This document shows positions 21,201 through 30,027 of a stretch of DNA of 64,000 nt, piece by piece. Each line of letters opens with the position of its first letter. The stretch's first letter is position 1. The stretch lies in IMG/VR virus record IMGVR_UViG_3300010885_086743, one strand, 5' to 3'. The position numbers were made by a program, and so were the translations under genes. This stretch comes from an uncultured virus (IMG/VR IMGVR_UViG_3300010885_086743). Its lineage: Duplodnaviria; Heunggongvirae; Uroviricota; Caudoviricetes. Below the pieces are notes generated by a model, which was not told the DNA's origin, ran no database searches, and saw nothing but the letters and a program-made list of their open reading frames with translations.

Positions 21201-22191
21201 AATCCTTCAAAAAAGATTTATATAAATTTTCAAAATCAATTTTAGTAGCTTCTGAAAATTTATTTACATTATTTATTTGCTGATTAACAGTTCTGTTAGT
21301 ATTATTAATAAAATTAAAATCAGTATTGTTAGCAGTACTAATATTATTGACAGTCTTAGAAGATCGAACTTGTAATTCTATTTTATTATTATTTTGTAAA
21401 TTTAATTGATTTAAATTTGTTACTGAATTGTTATTGATTGATTTTGTGTTATTAGAAGTATTGTTTGATAAAGAAATATCTTGTAGATAAGCATTTATTA
21501 CATCTTTTTTAGCATTGCCAGCTCTTACTTCAAATTTTTTTTTTACTTTGACTTCACTTGGATTCAGACCTAATTTTTTAATGCTTTCATTTATCAATGC
21601 TTCATTTTCATTGATTGATTCATTACTTTCAGTATCTTCAAAGAACTTATTGAATCCACCAGAACTCATACCAGTAGACAGTGTTTCCATATATCTTGGA
21701 TAAAGTTGAAAAAAGCCATTCATAACTTTTTCATCTACAGTTTCAAAACTTTCTATATTTAATTCTTTAACGGACTCTTCAGACTTAAGAGATTTTAAGT
21801 TTTGCAGTGCCATCATAAATTCAATTTGATCTTGATTTAGTCCAAAAGCACTATAGTCAATTATTTTTTCCCTAGCTTCTTTTATTTTAGTTGGGTAAAT
21901 AATATCTGGATCAATGTTTGTTTTATTAAGCTCTAAATTTTCTGAATAGTTTGTATGGAAAGGATTAATTCTGTAAAGTTTTCTTGGAAGAATTTTTTCA
22001 GAAACATCAGGAATTTTATAATCATTTGGATCTTCGGTCGTACCAGCAGTATGCAATTCCTTTTTTATATTGTAAGAAATTGCTTTAGTAGAGGGTAAAT
22101 ACTGAAAATAACAATTTAATTCATTCGACGTAATAAATGCGTCTGATTGAATTGAAATTTTATCATAATCGATAAAATTAATATCTAACAT
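18238..22191 (-). CDS. low-complexity N/K/I/Q/E-rich protein, tape-measure-like
   Basis: 1317 aa. After ~residue 230 there is only 1 Gly, 2 Pro and no Trp or Cys. It lies directly upstream of the giant tail protein and hub-like gene, the usual tape-measure position. Confidence 0.5.
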   Translation of the reverse strand: MLDINFIDYDKISIQSDAFITSNELNCYFQYLPSTKAISYNIKKELHTAGTTEDPNDYKIPDVSEKILPRKLYRINPFHTNYSENLELNKTNIDPDIIYPTKIKEAREKIIDYSAFGLNQDQIEFMMALQNLKSLKSEESVKELNIESFETVDEKVMNGFFQLYPRYMETLSTGMSSGGFNKFFEDTESNESINENEALINESIKKLGLNPSEVKVKKKFEVRAGNAKKDVINAYLQDISLSNNTSNNTKSINNNSVTNLNQLNLQNNNKIELQVRSSKTVNNISTANNTDFNFINNTNRTVNQQINNVNKFSEATKIDFENLYKSFLKDLNIAPNVENQFFKIVNQHSKNLSIEFNRILNHSEKTVYETNLKNLSTSYNFYRHIENRYREFIQNLNFFNDTVQQIKQTEINLKNTYQNIHRHSVTHKNNHYKNIVNLTKNVNYEYTANDYEFQYAVLKTIKNSNQYVENKITKIKSDLNVAQQNISFVHHRMFHIQEKTSNFFTKEIKNVLNNTEYIDDYSNIIINKISNISNNQTVRALLSLATNEEQLNSIYTVLRQSNINTSNIKNLVDVLNYSKNNNLEITKVSSSTVENIKNLVNLSKNVVSFDTTENQIINKLSSLNITQEFKSFVNLSESKFFTRIAQSYKNISNVIEKLNTTSINPKLSTIRVDQKNVENLNIVENLQNLQNFSQSFNQSNISYIVEKLSNFNTENITEKINLLKNINITQDIKKTENLVRKVTRLARYNNVNQITENLENLITQENNISTTEFKTEIQNLKNLMNVTRNIDISKFDNVKISHFNLVAENIQKLSKINQVNNLTEEHIEVIKKISQLENVTQQKINQVENIINLTNKTDVSNLKLSSVNQITEIIQKFSKVENKDLLNVVNLTKTVQERKIYNRISNLVKNVEILDTVNVTQETAQNISKISNTNNINQITKDLNLISQNYREFKTSVQQINKISQVKNVDQIVKNLNFVNNVIQESNVVNRVSKIDQKEFITAINLSKNYIQSFNRFESKISNISQRQKIRETLQDINITNNVQNNSVLQITNKTQKVQMQEFIQNLNLLETEKNTTILNRYSFESNKKNISYLFTELNITQQMKQEKKTDREFARISKRLDRINRETIKVQGNSYKVEQNFFDMMNFYNEQKVSKTSKDRKVNNFFQLLDVLNVQKTTNERKVTQKIQKVEQTQNRIINNTSQIKIDVYKEKKDNYYKVDNRQTFTTNNYHQEKEEQKKTEKIVENKVEELLVKKIENVTNNLVSNVITKNEFHTIKKEIIQEIYNIEMKTEEKIREIRKETQQTVQTMLDRFLRS

Positions 22192-22210
22192 AAATTAATT
22201 GTAAAGGAGA

Positions 22211-23146
22211 TTATTTTTTTCTAAATCTGTGGTGATGAATTTTTGTAGTTAATTCATTTCTTGTTTCTTTTGGATGTTCAAGAGCTGTACCAAAATCAGG
22301 GCTGCCTTCAGAACCCTCATAAAGATCATTGTAATAATCTTCTATTTCTTCATCAGCTTCTTTGACCATATCATCTTCAGCTATTTTGACAAATTTAGCA
22401 TTGGTGTGAGCTATATTTGGTAAAAACTCAGAAAATTGTTCGGTGCCTGTTACGATGCCAAAAATGAATGATTCTAAATCAGCTATATCTTCTTGTCTTG
22501 CTCTAATAAGTCTTTGTAGTGCTTCAAGATCTCTTCTTCCTGTTAATTCACTTAAACTTTCAGATGGATTTACATCAATCATCCTACCAGATGAGCCTAA
22601 AATTGAAGATGATGTTCCTAATTCTTGATATTCTAATTTTGTTTTTAATTTTTGTAATTGATCTTTTAATTTAGACTTATATTTTGGAAAATCAATTTCT
22701 GCATTGGTAAAATCTTTTAAAGACTTTTGATTTAAAGGAATTAATTTTTCAATTCTTTCTAATTCAACTTCTATAGCAAAAGGATTGTTATCAAACATTT
22801 CTTTTGTAAGAATTGTTTTTTTAGAATCAGAATATTGAGAACTTTTTCTTAAGTCTTTTGCTTGTTTTTCAAGTGCTTTTACAGATTCTAAATACTCATT
22901 TCTAATTTCACTAGTTGGCTCATAGAAAAAATTATCATCAATATTTGGTGGAGCACTTCTTTTACTTGTGGACTCATCATATAAGTATTTATCTTGAGCA
23001 AAATTGGAAATTTGGTCAAAAATAGTGTTACCCTTCGCTTCATAATCAGGATCAGAAGGATTTTTCACCTTTACCGGCATATTTCTTGCATCATTTTCGC
23101 CAGTTGAATTAAAAAATTGGGAACGATCTTGTGAAAACTTTTTCAT
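22211..23146 (-). CDS. hypothetical coiled-coil protein (candidate internal head protein)
   Basis: 311 aa, charged and helical. Contains KFVKIAE. Confidence 0.55.
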   Translation of the reverse strand: MKKFSQDRSQFFNSTGENDARNMPVKVKNPSDPDYEAKGNTIFDQISNFAQDKYLYDESTSKRSAPPNIDDNFFYEPTSEIRNEYLESVKALEKQAKDLRKSSQYSDSKKTILTKEMFDNNPFAIEVELERIEKLIPLNQKSLKDFTNAEIDFPKYKSKLKDQLQKLKTKLEYQELGTSSSILGSSGRMIDVNPSESLSELTGRRDLEALQRLIRARQEDIADLESFIFGIVTGTEQFSEFLPNIAHTNAKFVKIAEDDMVKEADEEIEDYYNDLYEGSEGSPDFGTALEHPKETRNELTTKIHHHRFRKK

Positions 23147-23155
23147 AATTAAAAC

Positions 23156-25615
23156 CTAATTTGGCGAATTTTGCTGAGGTAGTGGATTTTGCTGACCTAC
23201 ATATTGACTTAAGTCTACAGGAGTTGTAGATTTTCTTGCTTCATTATAAGCGTTGAGCAAAATTCCAAGAGCTTTTTTTTCTTCATTAAGCATTCCGTAC
23301 AAAACACTACCCAATGTTTGACTTTCTCCACCAGCATCAGTCATAGAATAATTGAACATCATTCCTCCTGGCGAAAAACCTGCTTTACTCAACATTCGTA
23401 ATTTTTTTTGTATTGGTCCTAATTTTTGACGAAATCTCTCTATTCTTGCCGCTTCCTCAGCTTGCAAAGCAGTAGAGGAAACTCTTCCATATTCATTAGT
23501 AAAGAATGTTAAATCTGCTGAAATTTCTGCAATTTTAAGTTGAACTTTTTTAGCTTGAAACCTATCAAGTCTTTGGCTTATACGATCAAAACCTTTTTGC
23601 AATAAATCTTTCTCATATTGAACATTTACAATTACTTCTTTTAAGAATTTGGCCATATCTTCGTAAGCTGCTTTGATTTTTTTAGGAGTTTCTAAAGGAG
23701 TTTCACCTTCTGATCCCTCTCCTAAATCAACTTGCATCTTTTTTGTTTTGTTTAAAATTTCTTTTTTATTTTCTAATAAAGTTTTGTATTCAGATCTCTT
23801 TTTTGCTAAACTCATTCTAGCAAAAGATTCTTCACGAGTAAGACCTACAATATTGTCTACCTCTTGTTCACTTGCAGCTATAAAAGCTCTTGTTTGAGGT
23901 AAAAAACCTTGGGATGGAGCTGGTAAACCACCAATTCCAGCTTGTAAATTTACTTGTCTTTGAATATTATTTGCCCATGTATCAAGAACAATTTTGAGTT
24001 CTTGGCTAGCTTGAGGATTACCTTGAGCTATTTCATAAGTTGCAATACTGTTCATCAGAGCTTCTATAGGAGCTGTTTGATCATTAAAAATTTTAGCTGT
24101 TGGGGTATCAGCAACCACAGATGTTGTTGAAGTCTGTGGATTTACTTGAGATGTCTTAGTCCTAAAAATGCTATTTACAAAATTCAATACATTTGTAGAT
24201 AATTGTGAAAGTAAATTGAAATTATCTTTAGACTTGTCAATATGATCAATGAACTTATCGAAAACTCTACCTACAAATGGAGTATACTTTTGATAAGCAT
24301 AACCACGAAATGATTTGAGATATTCAACATAATCACTTAATGCTTTGTTTATTAATTGTTTTTGAATTTCAGGATCAACTTTAGCATTAGCAGTACTTTG
24401 AGCAATTTTAATAAACTTATTCGGACCTGAGTTTAAGTTTATTCTGCCAAGATTTCTTTGATCAACTTTGCCACCTTCTTGGGTTACATCAGAACCTCCC
24501 AAAGGTTTGCCTTTCATTTCATAGTCTGTTTGTCTAGGAGTAATTGGTTGTGTATCTGTAATTAAAGTTGACCATATATCAACTAATTTTCTAGCAGCAC
24601 CTAATTGATAAAGTACATTTCTAAATGCTCTATAATATGGTAAAGACATATATTTTTTGAAAAGTTTTCCATAAGCATCAACTTCATCAATCAATGTTTT
24701 GTCTACTTCAATCATCTTCATTGCATCTACTAAAGCACGTTGAAGATTTGTTCTTTCTTGGATAGACATAAGTCCATCTCTAACTTGTTGTAAGTTTCTT
24801 CTTATAGCTTCATTTTGCTCAACTATTCTTAATTGACTAGTAGAAATCAATGTCAAAACTGTATTTCTCATTTTGTCATCGTCAATTAAAGACACCATAG
24901 CTACATCAGGAATTTGTCCTATAGCAGAAGTGGCAAGCATTTCAAAAATATTTACATCAGGATTTGAAGCACGAACTTCTGAAGCTAGTTTTGCAATATC
25001 TCTAGTTAAGTTCAAGTCTCTTTGTTGATCATAGTGATTGATCATGAAACTTAAGATTGTCTTAAAATTTGTTCCTGATTCAACAGAATACTGCAAAGCA
25101 TCAGAAACTATAACTAAAAGCTCTGATTCGTTTATATTTTTAGAAAAAATTAAATCAAAAACTTCTCCAATTTCTTCTTCAGATAAAATTGATCTTAATT
25201 GACTGACAATCTTATTTCTATCTTGTAATTTTCTACTAGCTTTTTCAGAAGCTTCTCCAGACAAATCTGACATTTCCATCATATTGGAAATAGATTTTTC
25301 AACTAAAGATTTTTCATTTCCTACTGAAAAATCTCTAGAATTTCCATCTTTGCCTCTTGATGTTCGTCTTGCAAAATCTTTCTTTTGATCGTCAGATAAA
25401 CTGCTTATTTCATTTGCCAAGATATCTGCTTTGTCATTAGCAGTACCACTATTATAACGGTCAACAATATCGTCAAAATCTTGTTTAGAAACAGATGCAA
25501 TCTTTATAGATTTTTCGAAAATTAAACCAGATGGTAAGACATTGGATTCCAACTTTTCTTCTGATTTGAACAAGTTGGAATCTGATGCAAAGATATCATT
25601 GAAGACAAATTTCAT
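23156..25615 (-). CDS. hypothetical alpha-helical protein (candidate internal head protein)
   Basis: 819 aa, helical composition, no Cys. Contains SIKIAS, KFIKIAQ and LKIAE. Confidence 0.6.
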   Translation of the reverse strand: MKFVFNDIFASDSNLFKSEEKLESNVLPSGLIFEKSIKIASVSKQDFDDIVDRYNSGTANDKADILANEISSLSDDQKKDFARRTSRGKDGNSRDFSVGNEKSLVEKSISNMMEMSDLSGEASEKASRKLQDRNKIVSQLRSILSEEEIGEVFDLIFSKNINESELLVIVSDALQYSVESGTNFKTILSFMINHYDQQRDLNLTRDIAKLASEVRASNPDVNIFEMLATSAIGQIPDVAMVSLIDDDKMRNTVLTLISTSQLRIVEQNEAIRRNLQQVRDGLMSIQERTNLQRALVDAMKMIEVDKTLIDEVDAYGKLFKKYMSLPYYRAFRNVLYQLGAARKLVDIWSTLITDTQPITPRQTDYEMKGKPLGGSDVTQEGGKVDQRNLGRINLNSGPNKFIKIAQSTANAKVDPEIQKQLINKALSDYVEYLKSFRGYAYQKYTPFVGRVFDKFIDHIDKSKDNFNLLSQLSTNVLNFVNSIFRTKTSQVNPQTSTTSVVADTPTAKIFNDQTAPIEALMNSIATYEIAQGNPQASQELKIVLDTWANNIQRQVNLQAGIGGLPAPSQGFLPQTRAFIAASEQEVDNIVGLTREESFARMSLAKKRSEYKTLLENKKEILNKTKKMQVDLGEGSEGETPLETPKKIKAAYEDMAKFLKEVIVNVQYEKDLLQKGFDRISQRLDRFQAKKVQLKIAEISADLTFFTNEYGRVSSTALQAEEAARIERFRQKLGPIQKKLRMLSKAGFSPGGMMFNYSMTDAGGESQTLGSVLYGMLNEEKKALGILLNAYNEARKSTTPVDLSQYVGQQNPLPQQNSPN

Positions 25616-25617
25616 AT

Positions 25618-25794
25618 TTACTCAGCTTTTGTAATTTTAAATGTTGATGTTGAACAGTGAGGACATTTACCTTGAAGTGCGTGTCTGCTGCTCTTCATCA
25701 CAATTTTTTTTGGACCTGAAACCATCACCATTGTTCTGCACTTAACACAATACATGTGGTGGGTTGTTCCTGCGTCTGAAATTTCTGAACTCAT
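25618..25794 (-). CDS. DUF5679-like small Zn-ribbon protein (absent from the ORF track)
   Basis: Hand translation gives MSSEISDAGTTHHMYCVKCRTMVMVSGPKKIVMKSSRHALQGKCPHCSTSTFKITKAE (58 aa) with YCVKC...GKCPHC. AAGGAG SD upstream, and it stops 2 bp before the next gene. Confidence 0.8.
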   Translation of the reverse strand: MSSEISDAGTTHHMYCVKCRTMVMVSGPKKIVMKSSRHALQGKCPHCSTSTFKITKAE

Positions 25795-25871
25795 TTTAGA
25801 GTACTCCTTTTATAAGATTTCACAAGATATTGTACAAATACCTTTAAAATCTATTTCCAAAAAAATAAAAT

Positions 25872-26216
25872 ATGCCTAGATACGAATACCTTTGCGAATG
25901 CAATACTGAACCTAAAACATTCACAATATCTCTTTCTTATAGTGATTATCAACCTGTAATTCCTTGTCCTTGTGGAACTGGTGAAGCTAAAAGAGTTTTC
26001 AATAGCTTTACTGTTCAAGAAGGCCTTTCAGCAAAAGAAAAACAATTTGGTACTACTATCAAAAGAAAACAAATGACTGAATTTGTTAAAGATCAAAAAT
26101 CAGTTAGAAAAAATTCTTACGACCCTACGTCTAGAGAAGCTAAATCAAATGAGTATTGGACCGGAAAAGAAGGCTTGGACGGTATAACATCATTACCCGT
26201 AAATAAAAAGGATTAA
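25872..26216 (+). CDS. FmdB-family zinc-ribbon protein
   Basis: N-terminus MPRYEYLCEC...F...PCPCGTGEAKRVF matches the FmdB Zn-ribbon pattern. Confidence 0.75.
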   Translation: MPRYEYLCECNTEPKTFTISLSYSDYQPVIPCPCGTGEAKRVFNSFTVQEGLSAKEKQFGTTIKRKQMTEFVKDQKSVRKNSYDPTSREAKSNEYWTGKEGLDGITSLPVNKKD

Positions 26217-26221
26217 ATAAA

Positions 26222-27004
26222 ATGAATGAAAGTGTAAATCAAGAGCCAGAATCATTTATCGTGCAAAATGTAACTCTTGGTCCTCATTATGTTAGTGATA
26301 TCAGATTGAACTTTGGACCTTTACAAGCTATTGACTTAACTTGGGAAGATCCGAAAGTAGTCAAAGCATCAAAAGATTTAAGAAATTCAATTCGTCTTGG
26401 ATTACTAAGAAAAATTTCTCCTGAGCAATTTGACAATATAGAAGAAAAAGCAGCGATTAAAGGCAAGAAAGAACTTCTTAAGCAACAAAAAAACAATAAT
26501 CTTCGAACTGTAGATGTAGAAGGTAAAACAATTGAAGCTGAAAGTATTGATGCAGAAAAAGCCTATTCTAACAAAAATAATAACGTAACAACTGCTGGTT
26601 ATGCAAATGATTCACTTTCTTATGCTATGGCTTTAGACATTGCTCAAACTCAAGCAGAATTACAGGGTGAAGATCTTACAGTTGAACAATTTGCAGAAAG
26701 AGTTCAAAGAAATCCTGGTGTCATCAATCAATTATTAGCTCAACAAAAGAATCTTGACGCAAATAGTTCAGTCTCAGGTGTTGAAACTAGAGGCAGAGCA
26801 TTTGTAGCAGAACCACCTAGTGATTCAATCAAAGGCTCTACTGTCAGAGAAATTGAAATGACCAACTATAATCGAGATAGAAGAGTAGCGGGTGCTGATT
26901 TTAATTACAATGACAATGATGATGGATACGATTCTATTGCAGATGCCATTGATTTAGAGGCAGATATGGGCGACGGAGAAGAGGGCTCAATCCGAAGAGT
27001 TTAG
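26222..27004 (+). CDS. hypothetical protein
   Basis: 260 aa with an acidic C-terminus and AGGA upstream. Followed by a terminator. Confidence 0.65.
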   Translation: MNESVNQEPESFIVQNVTLGPHYVSDIRLNFGPLQAIDLTWEDPKVVKASKDLRNSIRLGLLRKISPEQFDNIEEKAAIKGKKELLKQQKNNNLRTVDVEGKTIEAESIDAEKAYSNKNNNVTTAGYANDSLSYAMALDIAQTQAELQGEDLTVEQFAERVQRNPGVINQLLAQQKNLDANSSVSGVETRGRAFVAEPPSDSIKGSTVREIEMTNYNRDRRVAGADFNYNDNDDGYDSIADAIDLEADMGDGEEGSIRRV

Positions 27005-27023
27005 AAAATTTAATCTAGACTGA

Positions 27024-27059
27024 ATAAAGGCTATCCAGTTGGATGGCCTTTATTTTTTT
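27024..27059 (+). terminator. rho-independent terminator
   Basis: ATAAAGGCTATCC-AGTT-GGATGGCCTTTAT stem (one G:U pair) followed by a T run. Confidence 0.8.
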
Positions 27060-27068
27060 GGAGTAAAT

Positions 27069-28178
27069 ATGGCAAACGATTTTTCGGCTCAATCATTTAA
27101 CAACAGTACTTTAATTTATTACAATACACAACCATCATATCCAGGAATTTTTATTGAATGGGAAAGAAGTGGTACACAGAATGTTGCCTTTTACAAAATT
27201 CAAAAAAGTTCTAATTTTGAAGGCACATACACAACAATTGCAACTGTATCATTTCCTGCAAACGAAGGTGTGGACACAAACGGTTCTCCATCAGACTACT
27301 ACAGAATACAAGAAGTGGATACCAACGGAAATGTACTTAATACTTCATCCCCTATGCTAGGAGATGAATTACTTGTAAAAAGCAGCTTAAGGTATGAATT
27401 AGAGCATCTTTTGAACATTCCTATTTATGATGAAGAAGTAATTTTTAGAAGAAGTAGAAGTATTGGTTCTGTGGCATTCCCCTTTTGGAATTCAGTACCC
27501 AAACCAGAAATAAGAATTAGTGGTCCATCAAACCAAGGTGATAGAGACCCTTTAATTCAATTATCTGAAACAACACCAATTTATTCAACAATCAATACTA
27601 CATATGATCCAATCATTAAAAATAGAGATGGATATGAATCTCAGTACACAGATGGAAAAAACTACCCAAATGGATTAATGGTCAAATATGACTTTATGGG
27701 AAATATCTATTTTATTGATTCTAATGGTGATCCTGTGAATATTCATAGCTACGATAATGTATTGGTGTCATACAGCATAAAAATGATTACAAATGACCAT
27801 ATGAATTCAAGTCTTTACATGGCATTACAATCAATTAATTCTCAACCAGGTGCAAGAAAATACAGTAGTGTAGCTTTAGCTCCATATTTCTATGACCCAG
27901 CTTTAGTGTATGGTGCAGCGTATTACATCTTAAGAAGTCTACTTACTAGTTTAACCAACAGACAAAGAAGATTACTTATTGAAGATCCAGATGCAAGAGT
28001 TACAGATGATCTAAGACAATCAGCAACTATGTACAAAGAAGAATTTGAAAAGATGTTAGAAAAATTACCTATTGCTACATACCCTGGTATTAGATCAGTT
28101 GTTGTACCAGAGTTTAATATGCCTGGAGGAAGAAGTAGATTTTTCAGATATATCTGGAATATTGGTACTGGTGGGTAA
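27069..28178 (+). CDS. putative neck/head-tail adaptor-like protein with N-terminal Fn3-like domain
   Basis: ATG at 27069 after GGAG; the track's TTG start lies inside the terminator. N-terminal IEW....AFYKIQKS...YYRIQEVD beta-sandwich pattern, and a helical C-terminus (ALQSINSQP...LVYGAAYYIL). Confidence 0.5.
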   Translation: MANDFSAQSFNNSTLIYYNTQPSYPGIFIEWERSGTQNVAFYKIQKSSNFEGTYTTIATVSFPANEGVDTNGSPSDYYRIQEVDTNGNVLNTSSPMLGDELLVKSSLRYELEHLLNIPIYDEEVIFRRSRSIGSVAFPFWNSVPKPEIRISGPSNQGDRDPLIQLSETTPIYSTINTTYDPIIKNRDGYESQYTDGKNYPNGLMVKYDFMGNIYFIDSNGDPVNIHSYDNVLVSYSIKMITNDHMNSSLYMALQSINSQPGARKYSSVALAPYFYDPALVYGAAYYILRSLLTSLTNRQRRLLIEDPDARVTDDLRQSATMYKEEFEKMLEKLPIATYPGIRSVVVPEFNMPGGRSRFFRYIWNIGTGG

Positions 28179-28330
28179 TTTGTTAGATTGCCATAGTAGC
28201 AACAATTTAATTAAGAATTTTAAATTTTAAAATTTTCTTTAATTAATTATCTTTAATATACTTAATTATATTAAATCTTAATTCCCATTATTAATGGGTG
28301 TAAAAAAGTGAAAAACTAAGAGGACAGAAA

Positions 28331-28747
28331 ATGAATAGAGTAATTAGGGTTTTGGACGACATCAAAACAAGAGTAGCACAAGTCAATCCAGAATTGGGAA
28401 ACAAAATCAATGATGCAGTTTTTAATCTTGGAGAAAATGAACCAAAGGAAACTGAAGATTCAACAATCGACTCTGGAATGAATCCAAATATTCAGACGTT
28501 TGCAAAGCCACGTCCGAGTGTAAGTGTTGTTGGAGATGACGGAACAATTCACAGCTTTGCAGTTGAAATTAAAGCAAAACATAATGGACCCATTCCAGAT
28601 ACCCAATTGATGTCAAAAATTTTACAATCAATTGAAAGTCATTCAGATACTGCTAAGGAATTTGCTGCTGGAGATGAATCAGAGTCAAATTCTTTTGAAG
28701 TAGTTAGCTTCAAATACGAAAGAAGAGACGATAAAAAGAAGCAATAA
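28331..28747 (+). CDS. hypothetical protein
   Basis: 138 aa, GAGG SD upstream. Confidence 0.65.
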   Translation: MNRVIRVLDDIKTRVAQVNPELGNKINDAVFNLGENEPKETEDSTIDSGMNPNIQTFAKPRPSVSVVGDDGTIHSFAVEIKAKHNGPIPDTQLMSKILQSIESHSDTAKEFAAGDESESNSFEVVSFKYERRDDKKKQ

Positions 28748-28763
28748 ACTGTAAAATCAGTTT

Positions 28764-29312
28764 ATGGACGACGAACAAATCAAGGTTTTAAGACATTCAT
28801 TCACCAACCCTCATCGTGAAGATCTCCCCAAGCCCAAAGTCAATAAATTTGGACATACAGTTCTTGGGGATGAGATGGTAATGGCTGATCATGAAATAGA
28901 TCTAAAAATCGATGAATCTGGGGACATTAGTGCTGAACCAAAGCAAAGTCTTTTTGATAGCCCAGAATTTCAAAAATGGGCAGAAAAACAGCCTATTTTG
29001 AAGACATCTGAACCTGAAGGAAAAGTGATAGAAGATCAAATTGCAGAAAAAAGTTCAATAGTTCCAAATAAAGTCAACATTGCAGATTTGATTTCTGAAC
29101 TTGACGAGATGGATGGCACAACAGAACGTAAGCAAGCTGAAAATCATCACTTAAAAAATTGTGCAAATGAAAATTGTTTATATGCTTTACCAAAAGATGC
29201 TAAATTTTGTTTAAAATGTGGTTCTCCTCAGATGCCAAAATTTTGCACTGAGTGTGGATATAATTTTCCCGGAATGGAAAAGTTCTGCCCTGATTGTGGA
29301 AATAAAAGATAG
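28764..29312 (+). CDS. double zinc ribbon (DZR) protein
   Basis: C-terminal CANENC...AKFCLKCG...KFCTECG...KFCPDCG. Confidence 0.8.
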   Translation: MDDEQIKVLRHSFTNPHREDLPKPKVNKFGHTVLGDEMVMADHEIDLKIDESGDISAEPKQSLFDSPEFQKWAEKQPILKTSEPEGKVIEDQIAEKSSIVPNKVNIADLISELDEMDGTTERKQAENHHLKNCANENCLYALPKDAKFCLKCGSPQMPKFCTECGYNFPGMEKFCPDCGNKR

Positions 29313-29346
29313 GTAAAAAGAGACTTGATCTAGTATTTTCTTTATT

Positions 29347-30027
29347 ATGGAACGCTCTTGGTATCAGATAGCAAAAGAATGCACAGCCCTAAGAAAAAAT
29401 GTCTTGAGAGTTGATTTATGCGTGTTTATTGACAAAGAAGAATCGTTTTCTAATGAAGACTACTTAAATTCAACCATTAAATCAATTCTTACATCAGCAA
29501 TTATTAATGGCCTTGATATAATTGGCATTTTATCTCCAGACACACCAAATGTAGGACTACGTGCAAAACAAATGGCAATTCAGCAACAGATGGATATTGT
29601 AGTTGTCTCTGGACAAACTTATTTCTGCTCTGGTAAAGAAGAATTATATATTTATAATTTATTAAAACCAATGCCAAAAAATCTTTCAATTGATAAAGCT
29701 TGTGGTTATGTGCATAACAATAATGGATTTGTCTTAGCTACAAATGTTAACTCAAAATTAGGTCAAACTTTAAATAGACTGCAAGGAAGTAAGTATGCTC
29801 CCGACGGTGTTGAAATTTTTAATGCAAAATCTGGTGGATACAGGGATATAGACATTGATTTTCCTAGATTTGTAAGTTCAGGCGCAGTTTCAGCAAGTGA
29901 TTTAGAAAATTCAAATGTTTTTACCTTGATGCAAAGAAAAACAGCACAAGAAATGGGATTAGTACAAGGTGATGAGGGTGTAGATTACACACCAAAATAT
30001 TTAAATCCACAAACAGGAGTAGTATAA
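29347..30027 (+). CDS. PHP-domain-like protein with degenerate metal ligands
   Basis: Motif order RVDLCVF / GLDIIGIL / VVSGQTY / GFVLATN / DGVEIFNA / FVSSGA follows PHP phosphoesterases, but the His/Asp/Glu ligands are substituted. Confidence 0.65.
   Translation: MERSWYQIAKECTALRKNVLRVDLCVFIDKEESFSNEDYLNSTIKSILTSAIINGLDIIGILSPDTPNVGLRAKQMAIQQQMDIVVVSGQTYFCSGKEELYIYNLLKPMPKNLSIDKACGYVHNNNGFVLATNVNSKLGQTLNRLQGSKYAPDGVEIFNAKSGGYRDIDIDFPRFVSSGAVSASDLENSNVFTLMQRKTAQEMGLVQGDEGVDYTPKYLNPQTGVV

Noticed and set aside
18238..21520. Dozens of N-X-S/T sequons in the 1317-aa protein as N-glycosylation targets
   Set aside because: Largely expected from the Asn/Ser/Thr-rich composition, and no oligosaccharyltransferase or NGT is recognised. 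It would need a shuffle test.
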